64,000 nt of DNA from Candidatus Lustribacter sp. GTDB lineage: Bacteria > Vulcanimicrobiota > Vulcanimicrobiia > Vulcanimicrobiales > Vulcanimicrobiaceae. This document shows positions 49,173 through 58,541 of this stretch, piece by piece. The notes under the pieces were generated by a model. It was not told the origin of the DNA. It saw only the letters and a program-made list of their open reading frames with translations, and made no database searches. The stretch lies in contig OZ255842.1 of assembly GCA_965277805.1 (NCBI GenBank), positions 4,384,001-4,448,000 on the forward strand. Direction: 5' to 3'. The position numbers and the translations under genes were made by a program. Numbering within the stretch: the stretch's first letter is position 1; each line of letters opens with the position of its first letter.

Positions 49173-51459
49173 CGCGTTCGACGAGAGCGTCCGGCGGCGC
49201 GACGCCGAGGCGAAGACGAGCGGCGGCGCAACGTACGGCGCCGACCTGGCCGTGGCGGGTATGTTGCACGCGAAGGTGCTGCGCAGCCCGCACCCGCACG
49301 CGGCGATCGTGTCCATCGACACCGCCGAAGCCGCGCTCGTGCCCGGCGTGCGCGCGGTCCTCACCGCTGCCGACATACCGCCGGACATCACGCCGTACTA
49401 CGGTTACATCATCAAGGATCAGCCGATTGTTGCGATCGACACCGTGCGCTTTGCCGGCGACATCGTGGCGGCGGTTGCCGCCGACACCGAAGCCGCTGCG
49501 GCTGCAGCGCTCGAGCGCATTCGCGTCACCTATCGCGTGCTGCCCGCCGTGACGACGATCGATGCTGCGCTGGCCGAGGGCGCGCCGGAGCTCTTCCCGC
49601 AGGCGCTGCCGGGCGCCGTTCCGCGCTACGGGGCCGGTGCGCGCGGTGCGCTGCGGCCGCGGTCGAACGTCTCGTACGAGTTCGGCTATCGAACCGGCGA
49701 TCCGGCGGCCTTCGATCGCTGCGATCATGTCTTCGAGGATGAGTTCCGCTTCTCGCGGATGCAGCATTTCCACCTCGAACCCTACGTCGGCATCGCATCG
49801 GCGACGCGCGGGCAGATCGAGGTCTGGACGAGCACCCAGAACCCGTTTCCGCTGCGCCGCGAACTCGCGCGCATGTTTCGCCTGCCGGAGAGCCGGGTGC
49901 GGGTCAACGTGCCGCTGGTCGGCGGCAGTTTCGGCGCCAAGAGCAACTGCAAGACCGAACCGGTCGCGATCGTGCTCGCGCAGATGACGGGACGACCGGT
50001 GCGCTGGTGCATGACGTTCGAAGAGAGCTTCTTCACGAATTCGCAACACGCCGCGCTGCTGCGGTTGCGAACGGGTGTGATGCGCGATGGCCGGCTCGTC
50101 GCGCGTCAAAGCGAAATCTTTCTCGACGCCGGCGCCTATTCAGGTGCGAGCCCGTTAGTTGCAGAAAAGTGCGGTTACCGCATTCCCGGCCCGTATCGCT
50201 ACGAATTCATCGACACCACGTGCTCGTGCGTCATGACGAACACTACGCCCGCCGGCGCGTTCCGGGGCTTCGGCGGCGGTCAGGCGACGTGGGCGAGTGA
50301 AAGCCAGATCGACATGATCGCGCGACGACTGGGGATCACGCCGTACGCGATGCGCGCGATGAACTTGCTGCACCTCGGCGATCCGTTCGTCCCCGGCGAA
50401 ACAGCCATCGATAGCGATTTGCACGTCGGGCTCGATTTAGTGATCGAGGAACTCGGCACGATCGAGCGCACGCCCAACCGCGGTGTCGGTTTTGCCATCG
50501 GTCTCAAGGACGGCGGGGGCATCAACAAGGCCGCGCAAGCACGCGTGAAGATCACGACGGGCGGCGAGGTCATAATCGATTGCGCCACCGTCGAGGCCGG
50601 CCAAGGCGCGCGTTCCTCGCTTTGCCAGATTGCAGCTGAAGTGCTGCAGACGCCGGTCGATCGCGTGACGATTTCACCGATCGATACCGATCACTCGCCC
50701 TACGATCACGGGACGAACGCGAGCTCGGCGACGGTCGTGATGGGCCGCGCGGTGCTCGCTGCGGCGGAACGCGTGCGCGACGACGCGTTGCGGTTTGCGG
50801 CTACCGCCCTGGGCTGCGATGCGGGCGAACTGCGGCTCGAGAACTGGCACGCTGTGCGCGAAGGCGAACGTCATTCGATCGCCGAGCTCGTGGTGCACGA
50901 GTTCGGCAATATCGGCTTCCAATTCGCCGCCGACGGTTTTCAGAAGGCCGCGCTAGACAAACGTGCCCCGCTCGATTCGCCTTGCGTGTTCTGGGAGATC
51001 GGTTGGGCCGCCGTCGTTGTCGCGGTCGATCCGGGCACCGGCAAAGTGACGCTCGAGAAGCTGGTCGTTAGCGGCGATGCCGGTAAGGCGATCAACCCGC
51101 TGGTGTGCCGCGGCCAAGATGAGGGGGCGGCGATGATGGGCGTCGCGCAAGCGCTCTTCGAGCAGATGATTTTCAACGACGGTATTTTGATGAACGGCGA
51201 TCCGCTCGTTTATCGCGTGCCGCTAGCAGAGGACGTGCCGCCCACGTTCGTTTCCATTCTGCAGGAGCAAGGCCGCGGTCCCGGACCGTTCGGCGCAAAA
51301 GGGTTTGCCGAAGGCGGGCTTTTGCCGATCGCCGCTGCCGTCGCCAACGCCGTCGAGGATGCCGTCGGCGTGCGCATTACCGAGCTCCCGATTTCCCCGC
51401 AGCGCGTGCATCGCGCGCTCTTTCTACAAAAACCGACAACCGCTGGAGTAACCGCGTGA
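49165..51459 (+). CDS. Mo-hydroxylase molybdopterin-binding (large) subunit
   Basis: LRSPHPHA, STQNPF, GGSFGAK, GAFRGFGG, EAGQG, GPFGAKGFAEG; no AYXCSFR motif, so not a form I CO dehydrogenase. Confidence 0.94.
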   Translation: MPSAFDESVRRRDAEAKTSGGATYGADLAVAGMLHAKVLRSPHPHAAIVSIDTAEAALVPGVRAVLTAADIPPDITPYYGYIIKDQPIVAIDTVRFAGDIVAAVAADTEAAAAAALERIRVTYRVLPAVTTIDAALAEGAPELFPQALPGAVPRYGAGARGALRPRSNVSYEFGYRTGDPAAFDRCDHVFEDEFRFSRMQHFHLEPYVGIASATRGQIEVWTSTQNPFPLRRELARMFRLPESRVRVNVPLVGGSFGAKSNCKTEPVAIVLAQMTGRPVRWCMTFEESFFTNSQHAALLRLRTGVMRDGRLVARQSEIFLDAGAYSGASPLVAEKCGYRIPGPYRYEFIDTTCSCVMTNTTPAGAFRGFGGGQATWASESQIDMIARRLGITPYAMRAMNLLHLGDPFVPGETAIDSDLHVGLDLVIEELGTIERTPNRGVGFAIGLKDGGGINKAAQARVKITTGGEVIIDCATVEAGQGARSSLCQIAAEVLQTPVDRVTISPIDTDHSPYDHGTNASSATVVMGRAVLAAAERVRDDALRFAATALGCDAGELRLENWHAVREGERHSIAELVVHEFGNIGFQFAADGFQKAALDKRAPLDSPCVFWEIGWAAVVVAVDPGTGKVTLEKLVVSGDAGKAINPLVCRGQDEGAAMMGVAQALFEQMIFNDGILMNGDPLVYRVPLAEDVPPTFVSILQEQGRGPGPFGAKGFAEGGLLPIAAAVANAVEDAVGVRITELPISPQRVHRALFLQKPTTAGVTA

Positions 51460-52418
51460 AATCCGTGTTCCGTCCCGTCTCCTGTTTGCTCGCCGTCGCC
51501 GTCGTTTTGGGCTTCGGACAACCGTCGCTTGGTCAACCGGCCTTGACGGTGGTGCATGTTGCGTCGAACATCAACGACGACGTCACGCCGCTGCTCTACG
51601 CACTGCACGCGCATCTGTTCGAGAAGGCCGGATTGCAAGTCGACATCGCGCCGATGAACAGCGGGTCGGCGGTGACTGCCGCGGTGATCGGCGGATCGAT
51701 CGATATCGGAAAATCGAGCATCCTGCCGCTGGTGAGCGCGCACTTCCGCAAGTTGCCGATTGCGGCCGTTGCGCCGGGCGAACTCTGGCTCCAGGATTCG
51801 CCGATCTCCGCGCTGGTCGTGAGCAAAAACGCCGGCATCAGCAACGTCAAAGACCTCGCCGGCAAGGTGATCGCGGTGCAAGCGTTGCGCGACTTCTCCG
51901 AGTTCGCGTTGCGCGATTGGGTTGACAGCATGGGTGGCGACTCTTCAGCCCTGAAGGTGATCGAGGTTCCGCAGTCGTCGATACTGACCGCCATCCAAGA
52001 CGGCCGCATCGCCGGCGCGAACATGAGCAATCCGGGCCTCGCGACCGTCCTCGCCTCGAACACCGCGAACATCATCGGCCGGCCCGACAATGCGATCGGG
52101 AAGCACTACCTCCTGACCGCCTGGTTTGCATCGACGTCGTACATCGCCGGGCATCCCGACGTCATTCGCAAGTTCGCCGAAGTGATGAGCCAGGCGTCGC
52201 GTTATACGAACACGCATCACGCCGAGACCGTCCCGATCACGGCCCCGTTTTGGGGCATAGATCCCAACGTTCTCGGCCACATGCCGCGCGCCGAGATCGG
52301 CGATCGCCTCGACGCCGCCGATCTGCAGCCGGTCGTGAATCTCGCCGCCAAGTATGGCATCATCGACAAGGCGTTCGACGCGCACGAACTGATCGCGAAC
52401 ACCGGCGCCGCGAAGTGA
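51456..52418 (+). CDS. SsuA/NMT1-type ABC solute-binding protein
   Basis: Signal peptide; NSGSAVTAAVIGGSIDIGKS, DLAGK, LQPVVNLAAKYG. Confidence 0.9.
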   Translation: MKSVFRPVSCLLAVAVVLGFGQPSLGQPALTVVHVASNINDDVTPLLYALHAHLFEKAGLQVDIAPMNSGSAVTAAVIGGSIDIGKSSILPLVSAHFRKLPIAAVAPGELWLQDSPISALVVSKNAGISNVKDLAGKVIAVQALRDFSEFALRDWVDSMGGDSSALKVIEVPQSSILTAIQDGRIAGANMSNPGLATVLASNTANIIGRPDNAIGKHYLLTAWFASTSYIAGHPDVIRKFAEVMSQASRYTNTHHAETVPITAPFWGIDPNVLGHMPRAEIGDRLDAADLQPVVNLAAKYGIIDKAFDAHELIANTGAAK

Positions 52419-53398
52419 AGACGTTTTACGACGATTGGCTGAAGGCGCGCGAGCAGGTCGACGCAACCCTCGACGGCACGCCGCTGGTCGCGCGCGACCG
52501 CGACATCCCGTGGGTCGAAACCCCGCAGGACGCCAAGTGCAAGCTGATGGTCGCCAACGAGCTCGGTTTCGCCACGATGGGCAGCAACGTGCTCAAGGGC
52601 GAGATTCCAGTCGGCTGGCACACCGGCAAACATCGGCATGGGGAAGAGTCGATGCACATCCTCGAGGGCGAGGGATACAGCATCATTAATGGCCAGCGCT
52701 TCGATTGGCACAAGCACAGCACGCTGCAGATTCCGTTCTACGCCGAACATCAGCATTTCAACACTGGCTCGCTACCCGTGCTATATATCTCAGGCATGGT
52801 GTTCGATCTCGAACGCTACGTGCGGGTCGCGCGGCTCGAACAGCTCGAGACGCACGGACCGAACGGCGAACTCGAACCCGCGCCGGCGGAGCAATCGCAG
52901 TACTATCCCGACGGCAGCCGGGCGATCATCCACATCGAAGATGCCCCGGCTAACGACCCGTCATACTCGGCTCAGGGAAACATCGCCGCGGTCCAAAACC
53001 AGCACGACTTCATGCAGTACCTGGCGTTGCCGAAGAACGGCTTTCGCACGACCAGCGTGGCGATTACGCACCTCTGGATTGAGCCGGCGTTTCATCACAG
53101 CGGCCGGCACAAACATCTCGAAGCCGTGGTGTACGCGGTCGAAGGCCAAGGGTACACCGAGATGCAGGGGCGCGTCGTGCAGTGGGAAGCCGGCGACGTG
53201 CTCTACGTGCCGCCCGCGATGTGGGAACACGAACACACCAACGACAACCCGAACCCGATCAAGCAATTGCGCATCGCGTTCGGAATCCGCGCGTGGTTCA
53301 CCGAGGTGTGGCCCGAAGGGTTCACGAGTCAGCGCATTTACGACAAGACCGGAAAGCCGATCGAACACGGCGCGATCGAGCGCCACCGCGAACGCTGA
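52415..53398 (+). CDS. Bicupin protein (gentisate dioxygenase-like fold)
   Basis: Two cupin motifs: TGKHRHGEE..EHQHFN and SGRHKHLEA..WEHEHTN; GTGA overlap. Confidence 0.88.
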   Translation: MKTFYDDWLKAREQVDATLDGTPLVARDRDIPWVETPQDAKCKLMVANELGFATMGSNVLKGEIPVGWHTGKHRHGEESMHILEGEGYSIINGQRFDWHKHSTLQIPFYAEHQHFNTGSLPVLYISGMVFDLERYVRVARLEQLETHGPNGELEPAPAEQSQYYPDGSRAIIHIEDAPANDPSYSAQGNIAAVQNQHDFMQYLALPKNGFRTTSVAITHLWIEPAFHHSGRHKHLEAVVYAVEGQGYTEMQGRVVQWEAGDVLYVPPAMWEHEHTNDNPNPIKQLRIAFGIRAWFTEVWPEGFTSQRIYDKTGKPIEHGAIERHRER

Positions 53399-53401
53399 GG
53401 C

Positions 53402-54229
53402 TCAGCTGCGGCGGGTCGCCACTCGAACGTAGAACTGCACGACCGCGCCTTGTACGTCGCGGATGCTGCGCACCGTGCCCGCAGCGTGGCCGGCGCGGAC
53501 GCTGGCCAGCAGTTGCTCGGTGTGCGCCTGCGAGAAGTTTTGCTGTCGAGCGAGATTCGCGGCGATCGCGAGCAGCATGGCTTCCGCCGGATAGTCGATC
53601 CGGTACTCGAGGAAGCGGTCGCGAATGGCGTCGTCGACCAGGTCCGCGCGGTTCGTGGTGAGCACGACGATCGTTCGCCGCGTATCGAGCTCGTCGACCG
53701 CATGGAAGAACACGCTGTCTTGCGAGAAGTGCCATTCTTTCGCGGTCGTGCTGCCGCGCGTCATCAGGATCGACTCGACGTCGTCGAATAAGAGCACCGT
53801 GCGCTCATCCGCCGAGGCGAAGCCCGTGCGCGCGTGCGAGAAGATGTCGCGAATGCGCGCCTCGCTCTCGCCGTAACGCGAGCGCGCGATTTCCGCGCCG
53901 TCAACCAGCGCCAGCACGACCGGTGAGCCCGCATCGGTCCGCCGGGTTTTGCCGAGTTCGTACGCGAGCCGTTTGGCGAGCGTGGTCTTCCCAACTCCGG
54001 GCGGACCGCTCAGGAAAAAACCTTTGACGAGGCCATAGCGGACGTCGGAGGACCATTGGTGGTCGACGATGCGCGTGACCTCATCGATGATCGACCCTTC
54101 GGCACCGTCCACGAGCACGTGACGGCCACCGGCATCCATGCCGAGTTGCGCCGCGAGCTCATCGAAGCGGATGAGGTTGCTGCTCGCCAACGGCCCGTTA
54201 TGGTCGTCGTGAAAATGATGCGTGTTCAT
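53402..54229 (-). CDS. Single-domain AAA+ ATPase with His-rich N-terminus
   Basis: GPPGVGKT, pore loop SRYGESE, Walker B LLFDDVE, SRH TTNRADLVDDAIRDRF. Confidence 0.88.
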   Translation of the reverse strand: MNTHHFHDDHNGPLASSNLIRFDELAAQLGMDAGGRHVLVDGAEGSIIDEVTRIVDHQWSSDVRYGLVKGFFLSGPPGVGKTTLAKRLAYELGKTRRTDAGSPVVLALVDGAEIARSRYGESEARIRDIFSHARTGFASADERTVLLFDDVESILMTRGSTTAKEWHFSQDSVFFHAVDELDTRRTIVVLTTNRADLVDDAIRDRFLEYRIDYPAEAMLLAIAANLARQQNFSQAHTEQLLASVRAGHAAGTVRSIRDVQGAVVQFYVRVATRRS

Positions 54230-54233
54230 GACG

Positions 54234-54998
54234 CTAGCGAATCGTTATCGTCGCCCGATATGGCTGCTCCGCCTGATCGGCGCCGTCGATCGTCAACCGG
54301 TACCGTCCGCTGTTCGGCAGCGTGACTGCCTGACCGGCCAGCAGATCGATGGGCTTGTCGGATGCCTCCGGCGTTAGCGAGTAGGTCAGCGCGGCCGGGC
54401 CACTGACGGTGAATCGCTGTCCGGCGGCGGCAGCAAAGGTATACTGATCGTACCAGCCCGCCGATACGCGGCCGCGGATGACCGCCGACGATGTGCCCGG
54501 CGCAAAGCGCAGCGGAATGGTGTCCGGCTTGCTTTCGCCCGTGTCGCCGCGCACGCGCTGCGTGTCGACCGCAACGTATTTCCCGTGCCGGTAGGCGTCG
54601 GTCGTCGCGATGGAAACCAGGGCGCTGTCATGCGCGCTCTCGTGGAGGTCCGGCAGCGGCTGCTCGTTACCTGACGGCGTGACCGAGTAGGCATACGTAT
54701 GCAAGAGCACGCTGCTCCGAGCGCCATCGAGCCGGAGAACGACATACGGACAATTCACGTTCCCGCAAATACACGAACCGGAAGCGAAGGCCAAAACCAC
54801 GCGTGCGTGGCCGGCATGTCCGAGCGTTTTGATATCGGCCTTCTGCACGATCGAGCGCAGGTCGGCGGACGAACAACCCGATCCGTCGCCGTCGAGCGCG
54901 TGCGCGAGCGCGACCTGCGTCGCCGCATCCGGCTGCGCACCGGCCGGGCGCGCGAGTAACGACGCAAGCGCGACCGCGGCAATGACCCACCGATTCAT
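54234..54998 (-). CDS. Secreted protein with Cys-containing N-domain and PliG-like C-terminal domain
   Basis: Signal peptide (AGA|QP); CICGNVNCP; C-terminus LRFAPGTSSA.I.G..YDQYTF.A.AGQ..LPNSGRYRL..Y...ITIR. Confidence 0.7.
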   Translation of the reverse strand: MNRWVIAAVALASLLARPAGAQPDAATQVALAHALDGDGSGCSSADLRSIVQKADIKTLGHAGHARVVLAFASGSCICGNVNCPYVVLRLDGARSSVLLHTYAYSVTPSGNEQPLPDLHESAHDSALVSIATTDAYRHGKYVAVDTQRVRGDTGESKPDTIPLRFAPGTSSAVIRGRVSAGWYDQYTFAAAAGQRFTVSGPAALTYSLTPEASDKPIDLLAGQAVTLPNSGRYRLTIDGADQAEQPYRATITIR

Positions 54999-56377
54999 CG
55001 GTGCAGAAGCATGGGGCGCTTTTCGGCGAGCGCGGCCGTTTTGGCATACAGTTCCACGATCGTGTCGCGGTCCGGACAGTACCGGTCGGCATCGTCGTCG
55101 ATGTAGAGCCAGCCGCCCTTCGAGCGTTTATGATAGTTGCCGCGATAGCTCACGGTCTTGGTATCGCCGATCGGCGGCGCGTCGTCTTCGGAGCCCGGGA
55201 TCTGCAGCTCCAGCCGGTGGTTCTCTGCCGGATCGCGGAAGACGTTCATCGGCTCGCCGCCGTTGCGCACGATTTCGATTTGCTCGGCCAATAGCTTGCG
55301 ATATGCGATGACGCAGGTATCGCTCTGGCCCAAGTGCTCCTGCGTGCGATCGGTGATCGTGCCTTGCTCGTACCAGGCGACCATGTCTTGGCCGAGTACG
55401 TAATCGATCAAATAGTTGCCCTTGGCGTCTTTCAGCGGGACTTCCGCATATGGGACGCTGTCTTGTTTCGGCACGCCGACTTCGGGTGGAAAATCGTAGT
55501 AGAAGTACTGCATGTGCCAGGTCGACGTATCGTCGACCGGCACGCCGAGCTGATAGGAATTGCGCAAACCGGTTGAGCCGGGACCGAAACCGAGCAAATA
55601 CGGAAAGAGAATCGGGTTGACACCGATCGTCCACGCGCGCACGTCTTCGGATTCGTTCGACGAAAGGCGCCCTTTGGTAAAGCCGAAGCGATTGTAGATC
55701 GGCTTGTACTTCACCCACGTGCCCTCTTCGAGCGCGGCGGCTTGCGCGCTCATTGCTTTGTTGTAGCGCGCGTCGGGGTCGTCGGTGAGGCGCCCCTGGC
55801 GTTCGAGCGCGTACTGTGCCAAACGTCCATGCAAGTATGTCGCGTGTCCGAGGTCGCCGCGATTCTCCATCACTTGCAGCCAGTTGCACGGTAAGCGGTG
55901 CGCGACGATTTGGCGAAAACCGCCGGGCTTCACGAACAGGTCCCACTGCGGCAAGAGCGGCGCGGGCAACGGCCCGAGATAACCCCAGATCAGACCGCCC
56001 ATCGCTTGCACGGGATATCCGGCGATCTTCACGCGCTCTTTGAACGTGCTCGCCGGCGGCTCCAACGGTTGTTCGACGCAGCGGCCCTCGCCGTCGAAGA
56101 GCCAGCCGTGATAGCAGCACCGCAACCCGTGTTCTTCGGGGATGCCGGCGGCGAGGCTCGTCAGACGGTGCGGACAGCGCTGACCGATGAGCCCGAGGTC
56201 CCCGCTGCGATCGCGATAGAGCACGAGGTCTTCGCCGAGAATGCGCACTGTTGCGACCGGATTTTCGGCCAGCAATGCCTCGGGATACACCGGATGCCAG
56301 TAGCGGCGCAGCAGTTCGCCGCCGGGTGTCCCGGCGCCGACGCGCGTGAGCGTTTCGTTCTCAGCTTGGGTCAGCAT
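54995..56377 (-). CDS. Rieske non-heme iron oxygenase alpha subunit
   Basis: MLTQAENETLTRVGAGTPGGELLRRYWHP; CPH..CCYHGW; ENRGDLGHATYLH; GQDM; EHLGQSD. Confidence 0.94.
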   Translation of the reverse strand: MLTQAENETLTRVGAGTPGGELLRRYWHPVYPEALLAENPVATVRILGEDLVLYRDRSGDLGLIGQRCPHRLTSLAAGIPEEHGLRCCYHGWLFDGEGRCVEQPLEPPASTFKERVKIAGYPVQAMGGLIWGYLGPLPAPLLPQWDLFVKPGGFRQIVAHRLPCNWLQVMENRGDLGHATYLHGRLAQYALERQGRLTDDPDARYNKAMSAQAAALEEGTWVKYKPIYNRFGFTKGRLSSNESEDVRAWTIGVNPILFPYLLGFGPGSTGLRNSYQLGVPVDDTSTWHMQYFYYDFPPEVGVPKQDSVPYAEVPLKDAKGNYLIDYVLGQDMVAWYEQGTITDRTQEHLGQSDTCVIAYRKLLAEQIEIVRNGGEPMNVFRDPAENHRLELQIPGSEDDAPPIGDTKTVSYRGNYHKRSKGGWLYIDDDADRYCPDRDTIVELYAKTAALAEKRPMLLHR

Positions 56378-56416
56378 GGCTGCAGGATACATCCCCTCCG
56401 CGTGGCACGGGTTCCT

Positions 56417-57607
56417 ATGCCCATTCGCCGGTTCGCGCGCTTTGCGGTAACGTGTCTCATGCTTGGCGCGCTGACGAGCACGCGCGGCGGGGCTGACCCC
56501 GGGCCGATCCGCATCGGCGTGATCTACGCCTATTCGAGTAACGCGAATAGCCCGCTCGGCCCGCGTTTCGACGCCGCCGTCGGGGCGTGGTTCAAGGAGC
56601 ACGGCGATACGATGGGCGGCCGCAAAGTCGAGATCATCCGCCGCGATGAAGGCGGGGTGAATCCCGAGAATGCGAAGCGCCTCGCGCAAGAACTCGTCGT
56701 ACAGCAGCACGTCGATCTGCTCGCCGGCCTGATCTTCACACCCAATGCGGTCGCCGTCGGCGAAATCTCGACGCAGTCGAAAACGCCGCTGATGATTCAA
56801 AACGCGACGACCTCGGGCATCCTCGCGCCCAACCCGTACGCGATGCGCGACAGCTATACGACCGCTCAAATCACCGCGCCCCTCGCGCTGTGGGCGCGCA
56901 AGCACGGAGCGAAAACGGCCTACGTGCTCTACCAAGACTACGGTCCGGGCATCGACGCCGGAACGACCTTCGAGAAAACGTTCACCGCGCAGGGCGGCAA
57001 GGTCGTCGGCGAGATCCGCATTCCGATCAACGCGCTGGAGTTCACGCCCTACATCCAGCACGTCAAGGAGCAGAAGCCCGACGTCACCTACGTGTTCCTC
57101 AACTCATCGGGCGGCGCGCCGCCGTTTTTGCGCGAGTGGGCCAACGCGGGCCTACCGAAAATGGGCGTGCAACTTCTCGTGCACGGCTCGATGGTGGAAG
57201 AGGACGAGCTGCAGTCACTGGGCGATCCGGCGATCGGCGTGATCAGCTCGATGAACTACACGCCTTCGCACGATTCGAAGCTCAACAAGCAATTCGTCAC
57301 GGACTATCTCGCCGCGTTCGGCCGTAACGGTAACCTCCCGGCCGCAACGGAAGTCGCCGCTTACGATGCGATGAGCTTGATCAATCGCGCCGTTCTCGCC
57401 CAAAAAGGCGATCTCACTGCCGACGGGACGCTCGCCGCGATCAAGGGTGTGCGCTTCGAAAGCCCGCGCGGCCCCGTACTGATTGACTCGCAAACTCGCG
57501 ACGTGGTGCAGAACGTGTACATCCGTCGCGTCGAACGCAAAGGCACGCTCTACGTCAATACGGAGATCGAAACGATTCCTATGGTACGCGATCCGTTCGA
57601 GAACTAA
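56417..57607 (+). CDS. LivJ/branched-chain-type ABC solute-binding protein (aromatic-binding type)
   Basis: GGRKVEIIRRDEGG.NPE.AKRLAQEL, TPNA.AV, DYGPGIDA, FESPRGP..ID..TRDVVQNVYIRRVE. Confidence 0.92.
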   Translation: MPIRRFARFAVTCLMLGALTSTRGGADPGPIRIGVIYAYSSNANSPLGPRFDAAVGAWFKEHGDTMGGRKVEIIRRDEGGVNPENAKRLAQELVVQQHVDLLAGLIFTPNAVAVGEISTQSKTPLMIQNATTSGILAPNPYAMRDSYTTAQITAPLALWARKHGAKTAYVLYQDYGPGIDAGTTFEKTFTAQGGKVVGEIRIPINALEFTPYIQHVKEQKPDVTYVFLNSSGGAPPFLREWANAGLPKMGVQLLVHGSMVEEDELQSLGDPAIGVISSMNYTPSHDSKLNKQFVTDYLAAFGRNGNLPAATEVAAYDAMSLINRAVLAQKGDLTADGTLAAIKGVRFESPRGPVLIDSQTRDVVQNVYIRRVERKGTLYVNTEIETIPMVRDPFEN

Positions 57608-57637
57608 AAATCGTCATTCGCTGCTTCGGTAAAGACA

Positions 57638-58237
57638 CTATTGGCCGCCGTTGCGGCTCGTGCCGTCGAGGATATGATCGATAATTCCGTAATCCCGCGC
57701 CTCGCCGGCGGTCAAATAGAAGTCGCGCTCGAGGTCGCGTAAGATGTCTTCGATCGGCTTGTGGGTCGTGCGTTCGTAAATCTGTGCGATGATGCGCCGC
57801 GTGCTGATGAGTTCGCGCGCGGTGATCTCGATATCCGTCGCCTGACCGCCCGTCTGTCCGATCGAGGGCTGATGGATCATGATCTTGCTATACGGCAATG
57901 CCATGCGTTTGCCGGGCGCGCCGCCGGTGAGGAGCACCGATGCCGCCGATGCCGCAAAACCGGCGCAGATCGTTGCGACCGGCGGCTTGACCAACTGCAT
58001 AGTGTCGTACATCGCTAAGGCGGCGCTGACACTTCCTCCGGGGCTGTTGATGTAGAGGTCGATTTCGCGGTCGGGGTCTTCGCGTTCGAGAAACAGCAAC
58101 TGCGCCACGACGAGATTCGCCATGTCGTCGTCGACGACGCCCGTGGCGAAAACGATACGGTCTTGCAGTAGCCGGGAGTAGATGTCGTAGGAGCGTTCAC
58201 CGCGGGCGGTTTGCTCAACGACGATAGGTACGAGCAT
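57638..58237 (-). CDS. clpP: ATP-dependent Clp protease proteolytic subunit
   Basis: [35 protein letters not shown] (Ser), MIHQP (His), ERDFY (Asp); TATACT 6 nt before ATG. Confidence 0.96.
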   Translation of the reverse strand: MLVPIVVEQTARGERSYDIYSRLLQDRIVFATGVVDDDMANLVVAQLLFLEREDPDREIDLYINSPGGSVSAALAMYDTMQLVKPPVATICAGFAASAASVLLTGGAPGKRMALPYSKIMIHQPSIGQTGGQATDIEITARELISTRRIIAQIYERTTHKPIEDILRDLERDFYLTAGEARDYGIIDHILDGTSRNGGQ

Positions 58238-58340
58238 GCGCGGAGTATAGCGCCGCGCCGGCGGAAAGACAGCAGGGCGTGGCTCAAAAGCGGCCACCCT
58301 TGCGCAGGCATCGACGCCGGGCACGCGCGAAGACCCGTTC

Positions 58341-58541
58341 ATGAACACGTTGACGGAAGCCCAGCGGGAACGCGTTCTGGGCATGTTGCGCGAAGGTAAG
58401 AGTCTGCGTCGCATCGAGCACGAGACCGGACACCGTCGCGAGACGATTGCCGCCTATGGCCGGCAGGCCGGCCTGCTCCAAGAGCGCGTTACCAAGCTCG
58501 ACCTTCCTACCGGGCCGAAGGCAATGCTCCGCGCGGCCTAG
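58341..58541 (+). pseudogene. Short HTH protein resembling an IS transposase N-terminus (IS21 IstA-like remnant)
   Basis: MNTL...[30 protein letters not shown]; only 66 aa; no DDE domain or istB nearby. Confidence 0.55.

Noticed and set aside
47828-51459. Aerobic CO dehydrogenase (coxMSL) call
   Set aside because: The large subunit has AFRGFG, not the AYXCSFR (form I) or AYXGAGR (form II) loop.
56378-57061. Apparent 688-aa Rieske fusion (and 569-aa SBP from 55898)
   Set aside because: The extensions are antisense to the divergent partner gene; family-typical starts are at 56377 and 56417.
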